DNA from: Octopus sinensis
Lineage: Eukaryota
DNA length: 64,000 nt
Direction of reading: 5' to 3'
Assembly (NCBI RefSeq): GCF_006345805.1
Contig: NC_043018.1
Location: 11,098,001-11,162,000, forward strand
Shown here: positions 27,073 to 38,535 of the stretch, piece by piece
Position numbering within the stretch: position 1 is the stretch's first letter
Layout of the letters: the number at the start of each line of letters is the position of its first letter
Made by a program: the position numbers and the translations under genes
Notes under the pieces: model-generated
Databases searched by the model: none
The model's input: the letters and a program-made list of their open reading frames with translations, nothing else
What the model was told of the DNA's origin: nothing

Positions 27073-29131
27073 GTGATGGTGGTGGTGGCGGCGGCGGCGG
27101 TGGTGGTGGTGGTGGTGGTGGTGGTGGTGGCAATGACAACAACATCAATTTACCTGGGTTTTGGTTCACGAGATGAATTAAAGCATTTACAGCATGTTCC
27201 TTCTGAAGGTGATCCAAACCCGGTGCTTCACTGTCTGGAACATCTCCCAAACCATCTTTGCCGTGATAATATTGGGCATGCTGGGCTCTTTGCATTAATG
27301 GATACTTACAACCTTGAAACACTGGTATCTGAAACAATATTTTGGTATAAGAATTGAGAGATTGTTTTGCTGGACGTGTGCAATTACTGTTCACCTTACA
27401 CACCTGTAAATCTAAACTGATGAACAAAGGCAAAAACATGGGAGAAGAAGGAATTCCAGGGCTTCACACTCAGGAAAGGAAGGATTGGATATATAGTGGT
27501 TAAGGTTGGGAAGGAAGGATGGGTGCAGTATGAATGATGGAGTGTGCCAGGTGGGCTTTGATGGAGGTTGATACACTATGGCCTAGTTCCAACAAGCAGA
27601 TGCCATTGTAATTGTAAGTAGAAAGGTACAGAGTCAATAGCTACTGTAGTGTTAGTGGTGTTATGGGCTGTGATGAGCTGTGTGGTGTTGGTGGAGGGGA
27701 TTGCAGATGAAGTAGACAGAAGTGAAGACTGCGGGGGCCTGTGGGGCAGCCACGGGGCATGTGTGCACAGGAAGCACATGTGGTCAGTTCAAACAGAAAC
27801 GGCAGCGTGAAAGGACATGTTTATTTCTTGATAGTGATCGCTCATCCCGCCGAGGTCTACAGGTAAGGCCTTTTGTATTTCTTTCTTTTTCTGTTGTCCT
27901 TTCCTCCATCACACTACAGCTACAGAAAGTCTACAGGCTAGAGGTAGGAGTTAATTGGTGAGTAATTAGGGGAGGAAAAGAAGAGCAACATCCCTGGGCC
28001 TTTGGTGGGATGAAAGAAGAAAGTTAAACTGAACGTTGATACTTGAAACAGAGCATGCTCTACTATAGACACCCAAGAGTCAGGTGGTGGTGTTAAACTA
28101 GGTTATCAATTAAATCTATCATCCATGACCAGGTATAATCACCCTGATAAGCTTCCATGCCATTTCTATCTTATAAAGTTTGGGTCAACTTCAAATTATG
28201 ACTGAGGATATTTGCTCAAGGCACTGCACAGTAGATGTCAATCTTGGTACTATATGACTACAGTACATTCACCTATTTGTGTGTATGTACACACACAAAC
28301 ATATATATATATATATACATGCAACCATGGTTCCAGCCTTATGAAAATTTTCAGTGGAAAAACAAAAGTTTGTTACCATCATCTCTATATGGTTGCTTGA
28401 CTTAATAAATATAGCAACAGTGTTTTACAGTACTTAGTGTAGTAGTTATATAGCTGTACAATAATATGGAGGAGTTTTAAAAGTCTGCCTCAAGCCTACA
28501 GGTTCAGTGAGGTCAGAATTTGTTTGAATGTTCAAGGAGTTTAGACTGAAAGTACAAGATCCCCTTTTGTTCCTGAACAGGACACTAATCTGTCACTGTG
28601 TTAAACTCCAGCTATCGCTAGTAGTAATTTTCACAAATGGGAAATGAAATGCTTTTCTCAAGGACACAACATGCCACCTGGTTCAGAAACCCATGATATA
28701 GTTAAGTAGATGGAAATGGTGAAATAAAGGCATTTCCAATTTTTATTTTTAAGATAAAAAAAATGGAAATACCTTTAGCAGAAGCTCATCAGAATGATTG
28801 CACTTGTTCTTAAGTGGCTGATTAAATAGATCACCCCATTTAATATCACCATCTGGTTCTTAGGTACCTATAGCTGAGTCCCCTCTGCTCTGATCATATG
28901 CTCTGAGTATAACTTTCTCCTTTAATTCTCGCCAGTCTCAGAGGCCCAGTAAAAAGGCCAGGGACGTTGTTGCTCTTCCTTTTCTGTTTAGTACAAAGTA
29001 GAGAACAGCTAGCCTTGGTAACATATACTATGCTTTTACTAATTGTTTTAGATGCCTGTGTAGTCGTGAGCAGACAGAGACACCTCAGCCTACTCTCCCT
29101 CGACCCAGAAAGACATACAAAATGCAACAGT

Positions 29132-29192
<61 letters not shown>

Positions 29193-30437
29193 TTAGAGAT
29201 GTACCAGTACTCATTTATAGCTGAGAAGACTAAAGCAATGTGAAATACCCTTATTCAAACACACAACATGCCACCTAGTTCTGGAATTGAACACACAACC
29301 TTGTTTGTCATTATGAGCTGAACACCCTGAAGTCTTTGTTATTTGTTGAGAAAGGAGGGAAATAAAAGAATACTTACATCTTGTCTATTGGCTACCTTCA
29401 GTAACCGTAGCGTGTTCAAACTAGTATTCATAACAGGGGCATTGCCCTGAACAGTTGTTATGGCAACAACATCTACACTGCTGTCCTTACCCAGGGCCAT
29501 CAAAATAGCCTGAGCATCATCGATACCAGGGTCTGTATCAATTATGATTTTCTTATTGCTGGTAAAAGAAAAAAACAAAAGGAACAAGAAATGAAATAAA
29601 ACCAAATGAAAAAGGTGCAAGCATGGCAGTGTGGTTCAGAAATTTGTTTCCCAAACACACATTTCAGGTTCAATCACACTGTGTGGTACCTTGGGTAAGT
29701 GTTTTCTACCATGTCCGGTAAGTTCATTGTCATCAATTCACTGCAGGGAAAGTTCACCATCATCAATTCACCACAGGGAATCTCCATTTGACAATTTTTA
29801 AAAACCTTTTAATTACAAATTTTCTATAATAATTTTCAATTTTATCATAGCTTTTTAATGTCAAACAGGATTTTGAATAATATAAATTTGAATTTTGTGT
29901 TGATTTATGTTGTAAAGAAGTGTGAATTGAAAGTTAAGTTTATTTTTCTTCTTATTTAGTACATACTATGTTTTAACCCAAAAGGTAAAATCCCTGATTA
30001 CATGTTTTGATCTCCATTACTTTCAGTTTTTTCCTCAGTAAAATAGTGTTTAACTGTTAATGGTGAGATACTATGGATATATTTTCTTGGTAAACTTTCC
30101 TCGCGGTGAACTTCCTTCACAGTGAACTTATCTGTAATCCTTTTCTATATTTCTCACGAGTAAACCAAGGCTTTGTGAGTTAATTTGGTAGACAAAAACT
30201 GAAAGAAGCCTGTTGTTTATGAGTGTGTGTGTGTGTGTATGTGTGTGTGTGTGTGTGTATGTTTGTATATACTTTGGGTATGGTAGATGAGTTCAGCAAA
30301 AATTTGGATTCAGATGAATATGGTACTTAAGTTGAGGCACTAGAATTTAGTATGGTATTATCCATACAATTTCAAAGTAAGGTGATTAAAATCAAAATAA
30401 GTTTAGAATTATACTCCCTAATATTATTATTATTATC

Positions 30438-30496
<59 letters not shown>

Positions 30497-31401
30497 TATA
30501 GTTATATATATATATAATAAAATTATGTATATATATATATATACACACATACATACAGACATAAACACATATATACAATACATACATACATATGTGGTAA
30601 GAAGTTAGCTTCCCAACCACATGGTTCTGGGTTCAGTCCCACTGCATGGAACCTTGGGCAAATGTTTCTACTATGCCCTTGAGTCAACTAAAGGTTTGTG
30701 AGTAGATTGCATAGATGGAAAGTGAAAAAACTCATAGTATATATATATGTGTGTGTGTGGTGTGTGTGTGTGTGTGTGTGTGTTGTGTGTGTGTGTGTTT
30801 GTGTGTGTGCATATATATCATCATCATCATCATCATCATTAATAACTGCTGTGTTGAAAACCATCCAATGAATTTTAATGATGGATGAGCTCTATAGTAA
30901 ATTATACATTATACAGAGGACACAGCCATAACAGGTGATCCTACCATCTAACCCTGACAATCATGCCCTTTTCTCACGCATTGTATATCTAAGACTTCAA
31001 CATTCAAATGGTTTTGCACTAGTTTTGAAATAACAGGGCGAGATTTGACCCAATCTATGATAAAAGATATTCCAGAGGTGGCCATCCTTTTCTTCTCTCT
31101 GACACTGAATGTCTAGGACTACACATTTATTGCGCCTCCCACTCTACTTTCAAGCTAAGATGGTATAATCTATGGAGCATAGCACACAGTGTCAACGTTG
31201 AGCCCCCGGCCCTTTCGTCATTGTTTTGTGACAATTTTCTTGGTTAATGACCCTAAATTTCTTGGTTAATGTTTACAACCTATCAAAAGGGCATACATTA
31301 CGATTATAAAGGAATTTGTGGGGAAAATTTTTTCCAAGGGGCGGGGAGAGGACTTCTGAAAATTCACAAGATTCAAGTTTTTCCCTCATAACAGTATATG
31401 T

Positions 31402-31447
<46 letters not shown>

Positions 31448-32045
31448 TGTGTGTGCATATATATCATCATCATCATCATCATCATTAATAACTGCTGTGT
31501 TGAAAACCATCCAATGAATTTTAATGATGGATGAGCTCTATAGTAAATTATACATTATACAGAGGACACAGCCATAACAGGTGATCCTACCATCTAACCC
31601 TGACAATCATGCCCTTTTCTCACGCATTGTATATCTAAGACTTCAACATTCAAATGGTTTTGCACTAGTTTTGAAATAACAGGGCGAGATTTGACCCAAT
31701 CTATGATAAAAGATATTCCAGAGGTGGCCATCCTTTTCTTCTCTCTGACACTGAATGTCTAGGACTACACAATTTATTGCGCCTCCCACTCTACTTTCAA
31801 GCTAAGATGGTATAATCTATGGAGCATAGCACACAGTGTCAACGTTGAGCCCCCGGCCCTTTCGTCATTGTTTTGTGACAATTTTCTTGGTTAATGACCC
31901 TAAATTTCTTGGTTAATGTTTACAACCTATCAAAAGGGCATACATTACGATTATAAAGGAATTTGTGGGGAAAATTTTTTCCAAGGGGCGGGGAGAGGAC
32001 TTCTGAAAATTCACAAGATTCAAGTTTTTCCCTCATAACAGTATA

Positions 32046-32076
<31 letters not shown>

Positions 32077-32138
32077 ATACATGTGTGTATATATATGTGT
32101 GTATATAAGTGTGTGTATATATCAGATCACTATATATG

Positions 32139-32181
<43 letters not shown>

Positions 32182-33809
32182 CTAGAGAGAAAGTAATAAC
32201 GAGTGAATGAGAATAACGACGAAGGGTTAAAAAAGCGTAAAAATAATTGAAAATAAAACAAAATTGAAACCAAAACACTAACAATTATTGAAAGTGGGTA
32301 GAAATAAACACCACGTAGTGTAGTGGTACTACACTAGGGTATTTGTAGGGTATGTGATTTCGGAATATAACGAGGAAAAATTCGGATCTTAGGAATTCTC
32401 CGAAAGTCCTCTCTCCACCTCAAGATTTTCCCCTCAAATTACTTTATAATTGTAATCTATGCCGTTTGAAAGGTATTTATATAAAATTACATTGAAAAAA
32501 TCCCATTTTCCTAAAAGTTACGAGGGAAGAACTGGGATCTTGTGAATTTTCCGAGGTATTCTCCCCACCCCCTTGAAAAAGATTTTCCCCTCAAATTACT
32601 TTATAATCGTAATGTATGCCATTTGAAAAGTATTTCTAGAAAATTTCATTGAAAAAATCCCATTTTCCTTAAAGTTATGAGGGAAAAACTCGGATCTTGT
32701 GAATTTTCCGAGGTCCTCTCCCCACCCTCCCGTTGCTTTGTGCGCATTTTTTTTTTCTCATATTCGTTTCCTACACATTTTTTTTTTACACCCATTGCAC
32801 TATTTTTTTACTGATTTTCATTTCCGGGTCAAGTAGTAAACATTAACCATTTTCTTTAATGTTAAACATCGATCAAAGTACCAGGCGCCCTGAGTGTGCA
32901 GTTGTATGATCAGACGTATTCCAATCAGGTACTACGTGCGTAGTCGCACATCCGCGCTAGCTAGTCATGACTAGTCGATCCTTACTTTGTGTTATTTATG
33001 CTGTTTAAAAAATTTCCAATTGGGCGAACAAACGAAACATTGCCAAAAATTATTTACTTTGTGATTTATTTACTTTGTTTTAAAAAAATTATTTATTTTG
33101 TGTTTTATTTACTTTGCTAGGTAGTCGTTGTAGGATCGACCAGTCACGACTAGCTAGCGCGGATGCGCGACTACGCGAGTGCGTACACCGGGACCACTGT
33201 TCTCAAGTAGTACCTTCCAATCGTGCCCATCCCAACTTTTTGTACACATAGGACTATGTTGTTCAACGAGCCCTTGCTGATCAAAGATTATAGGACGTGA
33301 TTGGAGTGAATATAGCTATGATTTTTAGATGGTTGAGAACCACATAGATTATTTCTTTATTTCGATTCGATTATTTCTTTTTCCCTTTACTACGTATATT
33401 GATTCATATTCCATGCTCTGCCGGTGCTCTAGTAATAATTGTCTGCCATGAATTTTGTGCTGTTATGTAAATGAGCTTGTGCTGTGGGGATATTACTTAA
33501 TTGTTTTATTCATTAAGCCTTGAGCTTTTATCATTATAGTTTAGGAGTAAAAAGATGGGAGAAGCCAACAATAATAATGAAACCAGTCAGTTCGTTCCAC
33601 ATCCGTTCAAAACTGCCGAAAAACCTCCACCCTAATGGTCATAATTCAACGCGAAGATTGTAACTAAACACAGCAGGAGGTAGTTTTTATCAACTTCCTC
33701 TGCTACGATCATTACACAGTAAAAAAATATTGGGTTTCACGCACACACGCACACATGCACGGACGTACGCGCGCGCGCACATTGTACTTGGGAGAGTAGT
33801 ACAAAAACG

Positions 33810-33899
<90 letters not shown>

Positions 33900-34021
33900 T
33901 GCGCACACAATGAAATATAATCATAAAATTGATAAAATACTAACGAATTCATTCGACTGATGGTGTTAATTACACGAGGCAGGTTATGTAACGTTCTCTT
34001 CGTTATTCCGAGAAGTCGCAT
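16715..34021 (-). CDS. Nucleoside hydrolase (IUNH family), whole gene. Isoform A = exons 1-5 + 6a (1014 nt, 337 aa; 314 aa from second Met). Isoform B = exons 1-5 + 6b (1011 nt, 336/313 aa).
   Basis: All introns are GT-AG with matching phases (2,0,1,1,0). The spliced protein has the family motifs [46 protein letters not shown] and TRGQMVPDW. Confidence 0.93.
17421..19090 (-). mobile_element. Decayed Helitron (PIF1 helicase half) with intact 3' terminus
   Basis: [42 protein letters not shown]; upstream IWDE and AGDF motifs. 3' hairpin CATCCAGG-CAACA-CCGGGATG followed by CTAG|T at 17421. Confidence 0.9.
19854..19859 (-). terminator. Candidate poly(A) signal for the exon-6a isoform
   Basis: First minus-strand AATAAA downstream of the 6a stop (about 1.14 kb). 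An ATTAAA also occurs at 19999-20004. Confidence 0.3.
20999..21325 (-). CDS. Nucleoside hydrolase terminal exon 6a ([21 protein letters not shown]...VMCDELAM...KKCYDF*)
   Basis: ttttctttttatag acceptor, phase 0, open for 108 aa to TAA. Confidence 0.88.
   Translation of the reverse strand, partial: SFFEKLLIHPGKKTALMQKVFKNAMKQAEARQRYAVMCDELAMAAIVNDQCVLDSVELYAEVELNGSKTRGQMVPDWTNITGKPSNVQIVTKMDLNIVVDILKKCYDF
21637..22462 (-). mobile_element. Internally deleted mariner (DD34D) element in hydrolase intron 5
   Basis: TA TSDs at 21635-36 and 22463-64; long TIRs (c..g.tctgat...aagtatc..gactgttgccatagtaa). [10 protein letters not shown]...MRRVSAKFV transposase fragment. Confidence 0.88.
22746..22882 (-). 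CDS. Nucleoside hydrolase exon 5 ([24 protein letters not shown]...[12 protein letters not shown])
   Basis: tattccag acceptor, TCA|gtaagt donor, 137 nt, phase-0 end. Contains the AEFN motif. Confidence 0.95.
23130..23440 (-). mobile_element. Old CR1 3'-end remnant; related remnants at ~21340-21615 and ~17050-17360
   Basis: Aligns to the 3' end of the CR1 at 34441-35190 (aaggatgcagtg, ggaagca, tacagtgctcag.tgca..caactcatc, AAT tail). Confidence 0.65.
24151..24267 (-). CDS. Nucleoside hydrolase exon 4 ([15 protein letters not shown]...YIMGGNYK)
   Basis: tactttttcag-type acceptor, AAAG|gtaatc donor, 117 nt. Confidence 0.95.
24374..24543. repeat. Perfect inverted repeat, 75-bp arms with a 20-nt loop
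   Basis: 24374-24448 is the exact reverse complement of 24469-24543. Confidence 0.95.
25503..26723. mobile_element. Tc2/pogo-like non-autonomous element with nested SINE
   Basis: TA|ccgtaaaaacccatg...catgggttctacag|TA imperfect TIRs. Confidence 0.55.
26985..27130. repeat. Compound (GAT)n(GGT)n(GGC)n microsatellite just inside hydrolase intron 3
   Basis: Direct reading. Confidence 0.95.
27154..27328 (-). CDS. Nucleoside hydrolase exon 3 ([11 protein letters not shown]...[11 protein letters not shown]...LVNQNP)
   Basis: ttgtttcag acceptor, CCAG|gtaaat donor, 175 nt. Contains the HGxDGLG motif. Confidence 0.95.
29378..29558 (-). CDS. Nucleoside hydrolase exon 2 ([14 protein letters not shown]...ANRQD)
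   Basis: ttttaccag acceptor, GAT|gtaagt donor, 181 nt. Contains the Ca2+-binding DxDxxxDD motif. Confidence 0.95.
30750..32050. repeat. Near-identical tandem duplication, period 646-647 bp
   Basis: 30810-31400 repeats at 31456-32047; units are bounded by (GT)n. Confidence 0.92.
32360..32730. repeat. ~160-bp tandem unit (about 2.3 copies) with inverted partial copies at ~31272-31392 and ~31918-32039
   Basis: Shared ggatcttgtgaattttc...ttttcccctcaaattactttataatcgtaatgtatgcc. Confidence 0.7.
32928..33214. mobile_element. MULE-like MITE with internal inverted repeats
   Basis: TIR ggtactac/gtagtacc; 9-bp TSD ttccaatca/ttccaatcg; ~55-bp internal inverted arms. Confidence 0.75.
33811..33898. repeat. 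(GATA)n microsatellite in hydrolase intron 1
   Basis: About 22 perfect units. Confidence 0.97.
33945..34021 (-). CDS. Nucleoside hydrolase exon 1 ([26 protein letters not shown]), with in-frame ATGs at 34021 and 33952
   Basis: ATG AAT TC|gttagt is a phase-2 donor that joins ag|C AAT AAG of exon 2 to give [14 protein letters not shown]. The upstream ATG is in an aaaATG context. Confidence 0.8.
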
Positions 34022-34440
34022 TTTGTAGCTCCGCCTATGAGAATTACGAGAAAGAAAGAAACGGAGGCAAACGCGTCAGCATGTGACAATAAACTTTGAT
34101 GCTGCCAATCTGAGTTGAGATTGCTATTCCAAGTTAAAATTGAGACAACAAACGTGTTTATACAGAAAACAACTCCTCCCACCAATAACATTTAGAAATG
34201 TAAGTGGAACGAAATGATTTCATTCCGAAATCGAAACCCTTTGATAAACTCAATTGTTTGGGTTCCTAACTCCTCTAAAGCAATGTCAAAATTGGGATAT
34301 TGATCGTGCAGATGGGAGAACGTTTCTCAACAGCATTTAGCAGCTGTAGTTGACTGCGATCAGAAATCGAAACTGACTTACAAATGCAGTTAATTATTCG
34401 AGTTATTTATTTCTAACTTCACAGTACTCATTATAAACTT

Positions 34441-34441
34441 G

Positions 34442-34486
<45 letters not shown>

Positions 34487-35190
34487 TTGTGTACAGTGCT
34501 CAGGTGCACTACAACTCATCTAAAGTGTATGTATAATCAGGTGTAGTTTCGGCGGATTTCGGAAAGCATGAGGGCCTTAAAGGATGCAGTGTGATGGCAG
34601 TCAACAACTGACGCAGGCAGTTTGTTCCATGCTTCAGCAACTCTAAGCGTGAAAAAATGTTTCCGAAAGTCATGGGAGCTGTGTTGTTTTCTGACTTCGT
34701 AGGCATGTCCACGTGTGTTAGACACATGGAGATCAAAAAGGTGTTCAGTGTTGTTGTTGATGAGGTGGTTGATAACTTTGTGGGTGTTTACCAAGTCCAT
34801 CGCCAGACGCCGGAGCTTCAGTGAATCCATGCCCAGGGAAACAAGGCGCTCAGAGTATGGTAGGTGTCTGATGGAGGGTATGCGTTTGGTTGCACGTCTC
34901 TGAACAGATTCCAGGAGGTCAATGTTCTGAGCAAGATAGGGGTTCCAAACTGATGATGCGAATTCCAAGTGTAGTTGTACCATAGCTGTATACAGTTTTA
35001 AATAGATGGCTGGAGAGCGGCTAACAAAAGTCTTGCGGAGTGATGCCAAGACACCCTCAGCCTTCTTGACAATTTTAGAGATATGCTTTGTCCAACGCAA
35101 ATCACTGCTGACAGTGATGCCTAGGTCACGCTCGCAAGAGGATTTCTTGATATCAGTGTTGTGGAGGGAGTATGTGGACGCAGGGTTTAT
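34441..35190 (-). mobile_element. 5'-truncated CR1-clade LINE with (AAT)n tail
   Basis: ERDLGITV, LEFASSVWNPY, LESVQRRATK, TRGH, RVAEAWNKLP; stop at 34537, tail at 34441-34484. Confidence 0.92.
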
Positions 35191-35294
35191 ACAAGCGTAA
35201 CCACATGGTTCCGGGTTCAGTCCCACTGCATGGCACCTTGGGCAAGTGTCTTCTACTATAGTCTCGGGCCAACCAAAACTGAAAGAAGCCCGTC

Positions 35295-35332
<38 letters not shown>

Positions 35333-35888
35333 TTGTGTGTCTGTGTTTACGTCCCCGTAACTTAGCGGTTCAGCAAAAGAGACCCATAGAATAAGTACTA
35401 GGCTTACAAAGAATAAGTCCTGGGGTCGATGTGCTCGAGTAAAGGCGGTGCTTCAGCATGGTCACAGTCGAATGACTGAAACTAGTAAAAGAGTAAAAAG
35501 AATATACACATCTCTCCAGTTTTGTTTCAAACGAGAGGGATTATTGTTGTTTGATCCAATATTTTTAACAGTTGTTCAGCCCTAGGTCAGCCCTGATCCA
35601 GTATTCTTAATTGTTGTTTTTGTTTGATTCCAAGTCAGCCCTTACAAATAATTCTAAATGTTTAGTTCAGCTCAAACCCAATCAAGCAAATATATAATTA
35701 AAAAATACGGCAAGACTTCCGCCCGTATTCCCCACCAAAAAAAACACCCTTAAAAAATTTTTTTTTCCGACACCACATCACCCTTTTCGACTACGAGGAA
35801 TACGAATCTATAAAAAAATCGGCATTTTTAAATTACCCCCCTCCCCACACGCCTTACAATAATATAAATATGGATAAATGAATAAGAG

Positions 35889-37156
35889 TGCCAGAAGGAA
35901 TAAGAGAAGACGACACAACCGTAAAACGTAAAGTGAAAGGTTTTATTTAGATGTTAGTAGAGTGTGTGTCCGTGAGTACAACATAAGTACATACATAATA
36001 AGAACAATAATAGACAGACCGTCAAGCATACAATAATGTGTATGTGTGTACAAACAAGGGTGTATGCGTGTGAGATAAAATACAGAGTATAGAAATGTGT
36101 CTATAACAGAACGCTAGAAGTTCAGACACAAGATGAAGATAAATACCAGTTCGTAGTAAGGTACACAATAGTAGAATCTCTGTACAAGAAGTTGAGGTTA
36201 CAAGGCAGAGCCGGTTGAACACATGTCGTGTAAGCGGTTGTGGCTGCTATGCTGTGCCGGGTTACTTGGTACAGAAGGTACTCGCAGGTTGAGCTTGCTG
36301 TTAACCATGGTGAAGTATTCACAAACAGCGTGAAGTTAAACCAAAACGAAGTTGTTGGCATCGATAAGATGAAGGCGACGGTGGTGGAGGCGTCGTTAAG
36401 ATGAAGACGATGAAGGTGGAGGTCCGAAAATGCTGCTAGTGTTGTCTGTTGCTGGAACTGGCTGTGTCGCTGGGTGCTCTATGGTCAGGGGTTAGTCCTT
36501 AGAAAGACTAGAACCAAAGACGAGTTACGATGAATCGCTGAAGTTTTTATAGTGAAACGAGCTTAGCGTGTGAATATCTTCGTGCACTTTTGGGGTGCAC
36601 AAAGCAATCACTCACTAGCCGTTGCTTTAATAATCCAGAATCTCTACTAGTCAGAAACAAACAGGACGCAGACGGAAAAATATACATATAACTACTTTAT
36701 TCTCTTTCTTGGTAAACAATAACAATAAATGTGTTATCTGATGTCCTAGGTTCGGGCGCGCACCGCTATAAGTTAATAGATTGTAATATTTACAATCTTC
36801 AGCCCCAAAACAGAAAGGATTCAAGATGGCGTCGAACAATGGAGACGATGTTGGTCTGCAACAATTTTGGTTAAAAGTCTTCGGCCAAAGGACTGCTAGA
36901 ATCAGTTCAGACGGTGAGAATATATGCGTGACTGCCGCCTTCAATCGCTGGGTCCCAAGTCATTGGCTGCTGCTGCTAGCGGTCAAACGTTCTACGACCC
37001 CCTTGCCTCGCTAACTGCTACGTAGGCAATAGGGTCGTGCTACCGGTGGTTCGCGCATGCGCGAGAGGGCCCTTCCTTTCTGTGCCTTGGTGAAGGCACC
37101 AACACGCGCGAAATACAAATGGTCGGTGCGCGAGCGCGCCTTATAATATCACTACA
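35889..37156 (-). mobile_element. CpG-rich, solo-LTR-like segment (uncertain)
   Basis: The minus strand begins TGTAGTG and ends CTGGCA, with TATA-like ctataaaa and AATAAA followed by a pyrimidine-rich U5-like tract. No matching TSD found. Confidence 0.35.
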
Positions 37157-37423
37157 ATAGCAAATTAGGAAGCTCCAGCAGAGAATTTAGAAGACTGTGT
37201 CACGGGGCCTTACCAGAAAGCTGCGATTGGTTGGGTTGCACATTGGCGCGTAATAGAACAAGAAACAAATTGCGTTTTTGAGAGTGTGGATTACATTAGA
37301 TTGAAAATTGAAACAAGTTTGAAAAGAATAAGTGAAAATGCTAAAGTTTAGTGGTAACGAAGTCTGGGCAGAATAGATGAAGAATGATAAATTCTTCTAA
37401 AAAAAGTGTGATACAAGTAAAAG

Positions 37424-38535
37424 TATATTTTTACATTTGACGGATATTTTCCTAATCTTTGTTGTTGTTGACACAACATTTCGGCTGATACACCCTCCAG
37501 CCTTCATCAGGTGTCTTGGGGAAATTTCGAATCTGGGTTCTCATTCCCAAGTATGGATTCAGGACATCCGTATACCTAAAGCCGACTTTCACTGGACGAT
37601 ACCTTAACTTTAATTCCCACCATCCATACAGTGTAAAGAGAGGGATTGCTAAAACATCGAGCAATGAATATAAGTAGCGATCGTGATACCCACCACGAAG
37701 AAATTATCAAGCTCAGTAACAATCTCCCCAAATACCCCCAAAACATCAAGCTCAGTAACAATCTCAACAAATACCCCCAAAACATACTATCTACTCCAAT
37801 TATGAAGAAAAGAGAGATGAAACCAATAAACTGTCTACAGTCTGTCTACCCTATGTGAAAGGACTCTCCGAAAAGATACAAAAATTATGCGGCCCATATG
37901 ACCTCAGGACAGTATTCAAGAGTAATACTTCGCAAATGTCTCCTTCGGGTAAAACCACCAATAGAAGAGAATATGACCAAAAACTGCGTGTACTCCATCC
38001 CATGCAGCTGTGGTAGGTTATACAAAGGCGAAACATGCCGCCCCCTCAAAATAAGGGTAGAGGAACATCACAAAGCTGTGACACGAAGAGATATTGATAA
38101 ATCGGGTATAGCTGATCATGTATAGGAAAATGAAGACCACCTCCCCCTATGGGATGAAGTTAAAATAATAGACAGAGAACACTATTGGAAAATACTGAAA
38201 AAAATAAGCAACACATATGCTAGGACACAACAGCCTCCTAAGCAGACCGAGTGCAGATATGAATAGAATATTGGAACCGGTATTAAGGAAGGATAGGAAA
38301 ATATTAGATTTATAAGCCCTAAAATTCACTCCATAATTGCCTACAGACAAATGGCGCAGTGGTTAAGAGCGTGGAATAACAACAACCTCGAAAAATACCT
38401 TAGGAACAAGAACCCAGATTCGAAATTTCCCCAAGACACCTGATGAAGGCTGAAGGGTATATCAGCCGAACTGTTAACAACAAACAAGATGATGACATGT
38501 AAATAATGTACACAATTCCTCATCTCTTATAATAT
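37424..38535 (+). mobile_element. Penelope-like element: RT thumb + GIY-YIG endonuclease, 3' pseudo-LTR and inverted 5' pseudo-LTR
   Basis: KPTFTGRYLNFNSHHP; CVYSIPCSCGRLYKGETCRPLKIRVEEH. ~37424-37550 is the reverse complement of the pseudo-LTR at ~38400-38510. Confidence 0.9.
37470..37515 (-). ncRNA. Minimal type I hammerhead ribozyme in the Penelope pseudo-LTR (degenerate second copy at 38435-38475, +)
   Basis: GACAC-CUGAUGA-aGGCUG(gagggugua)UCAGCC-GAAA-UGUU-GUGUC. Helix I, core and helix II are all present. Confidence 0.75.

Noticed and set aside
26878-27439. Poly-D/G, poly-M/V and poly-P/S ORFs overlapping exon 3
   Set aside because: Intronic compound microsatellite; only 27154-27328 is coding, with a clear GT donor.
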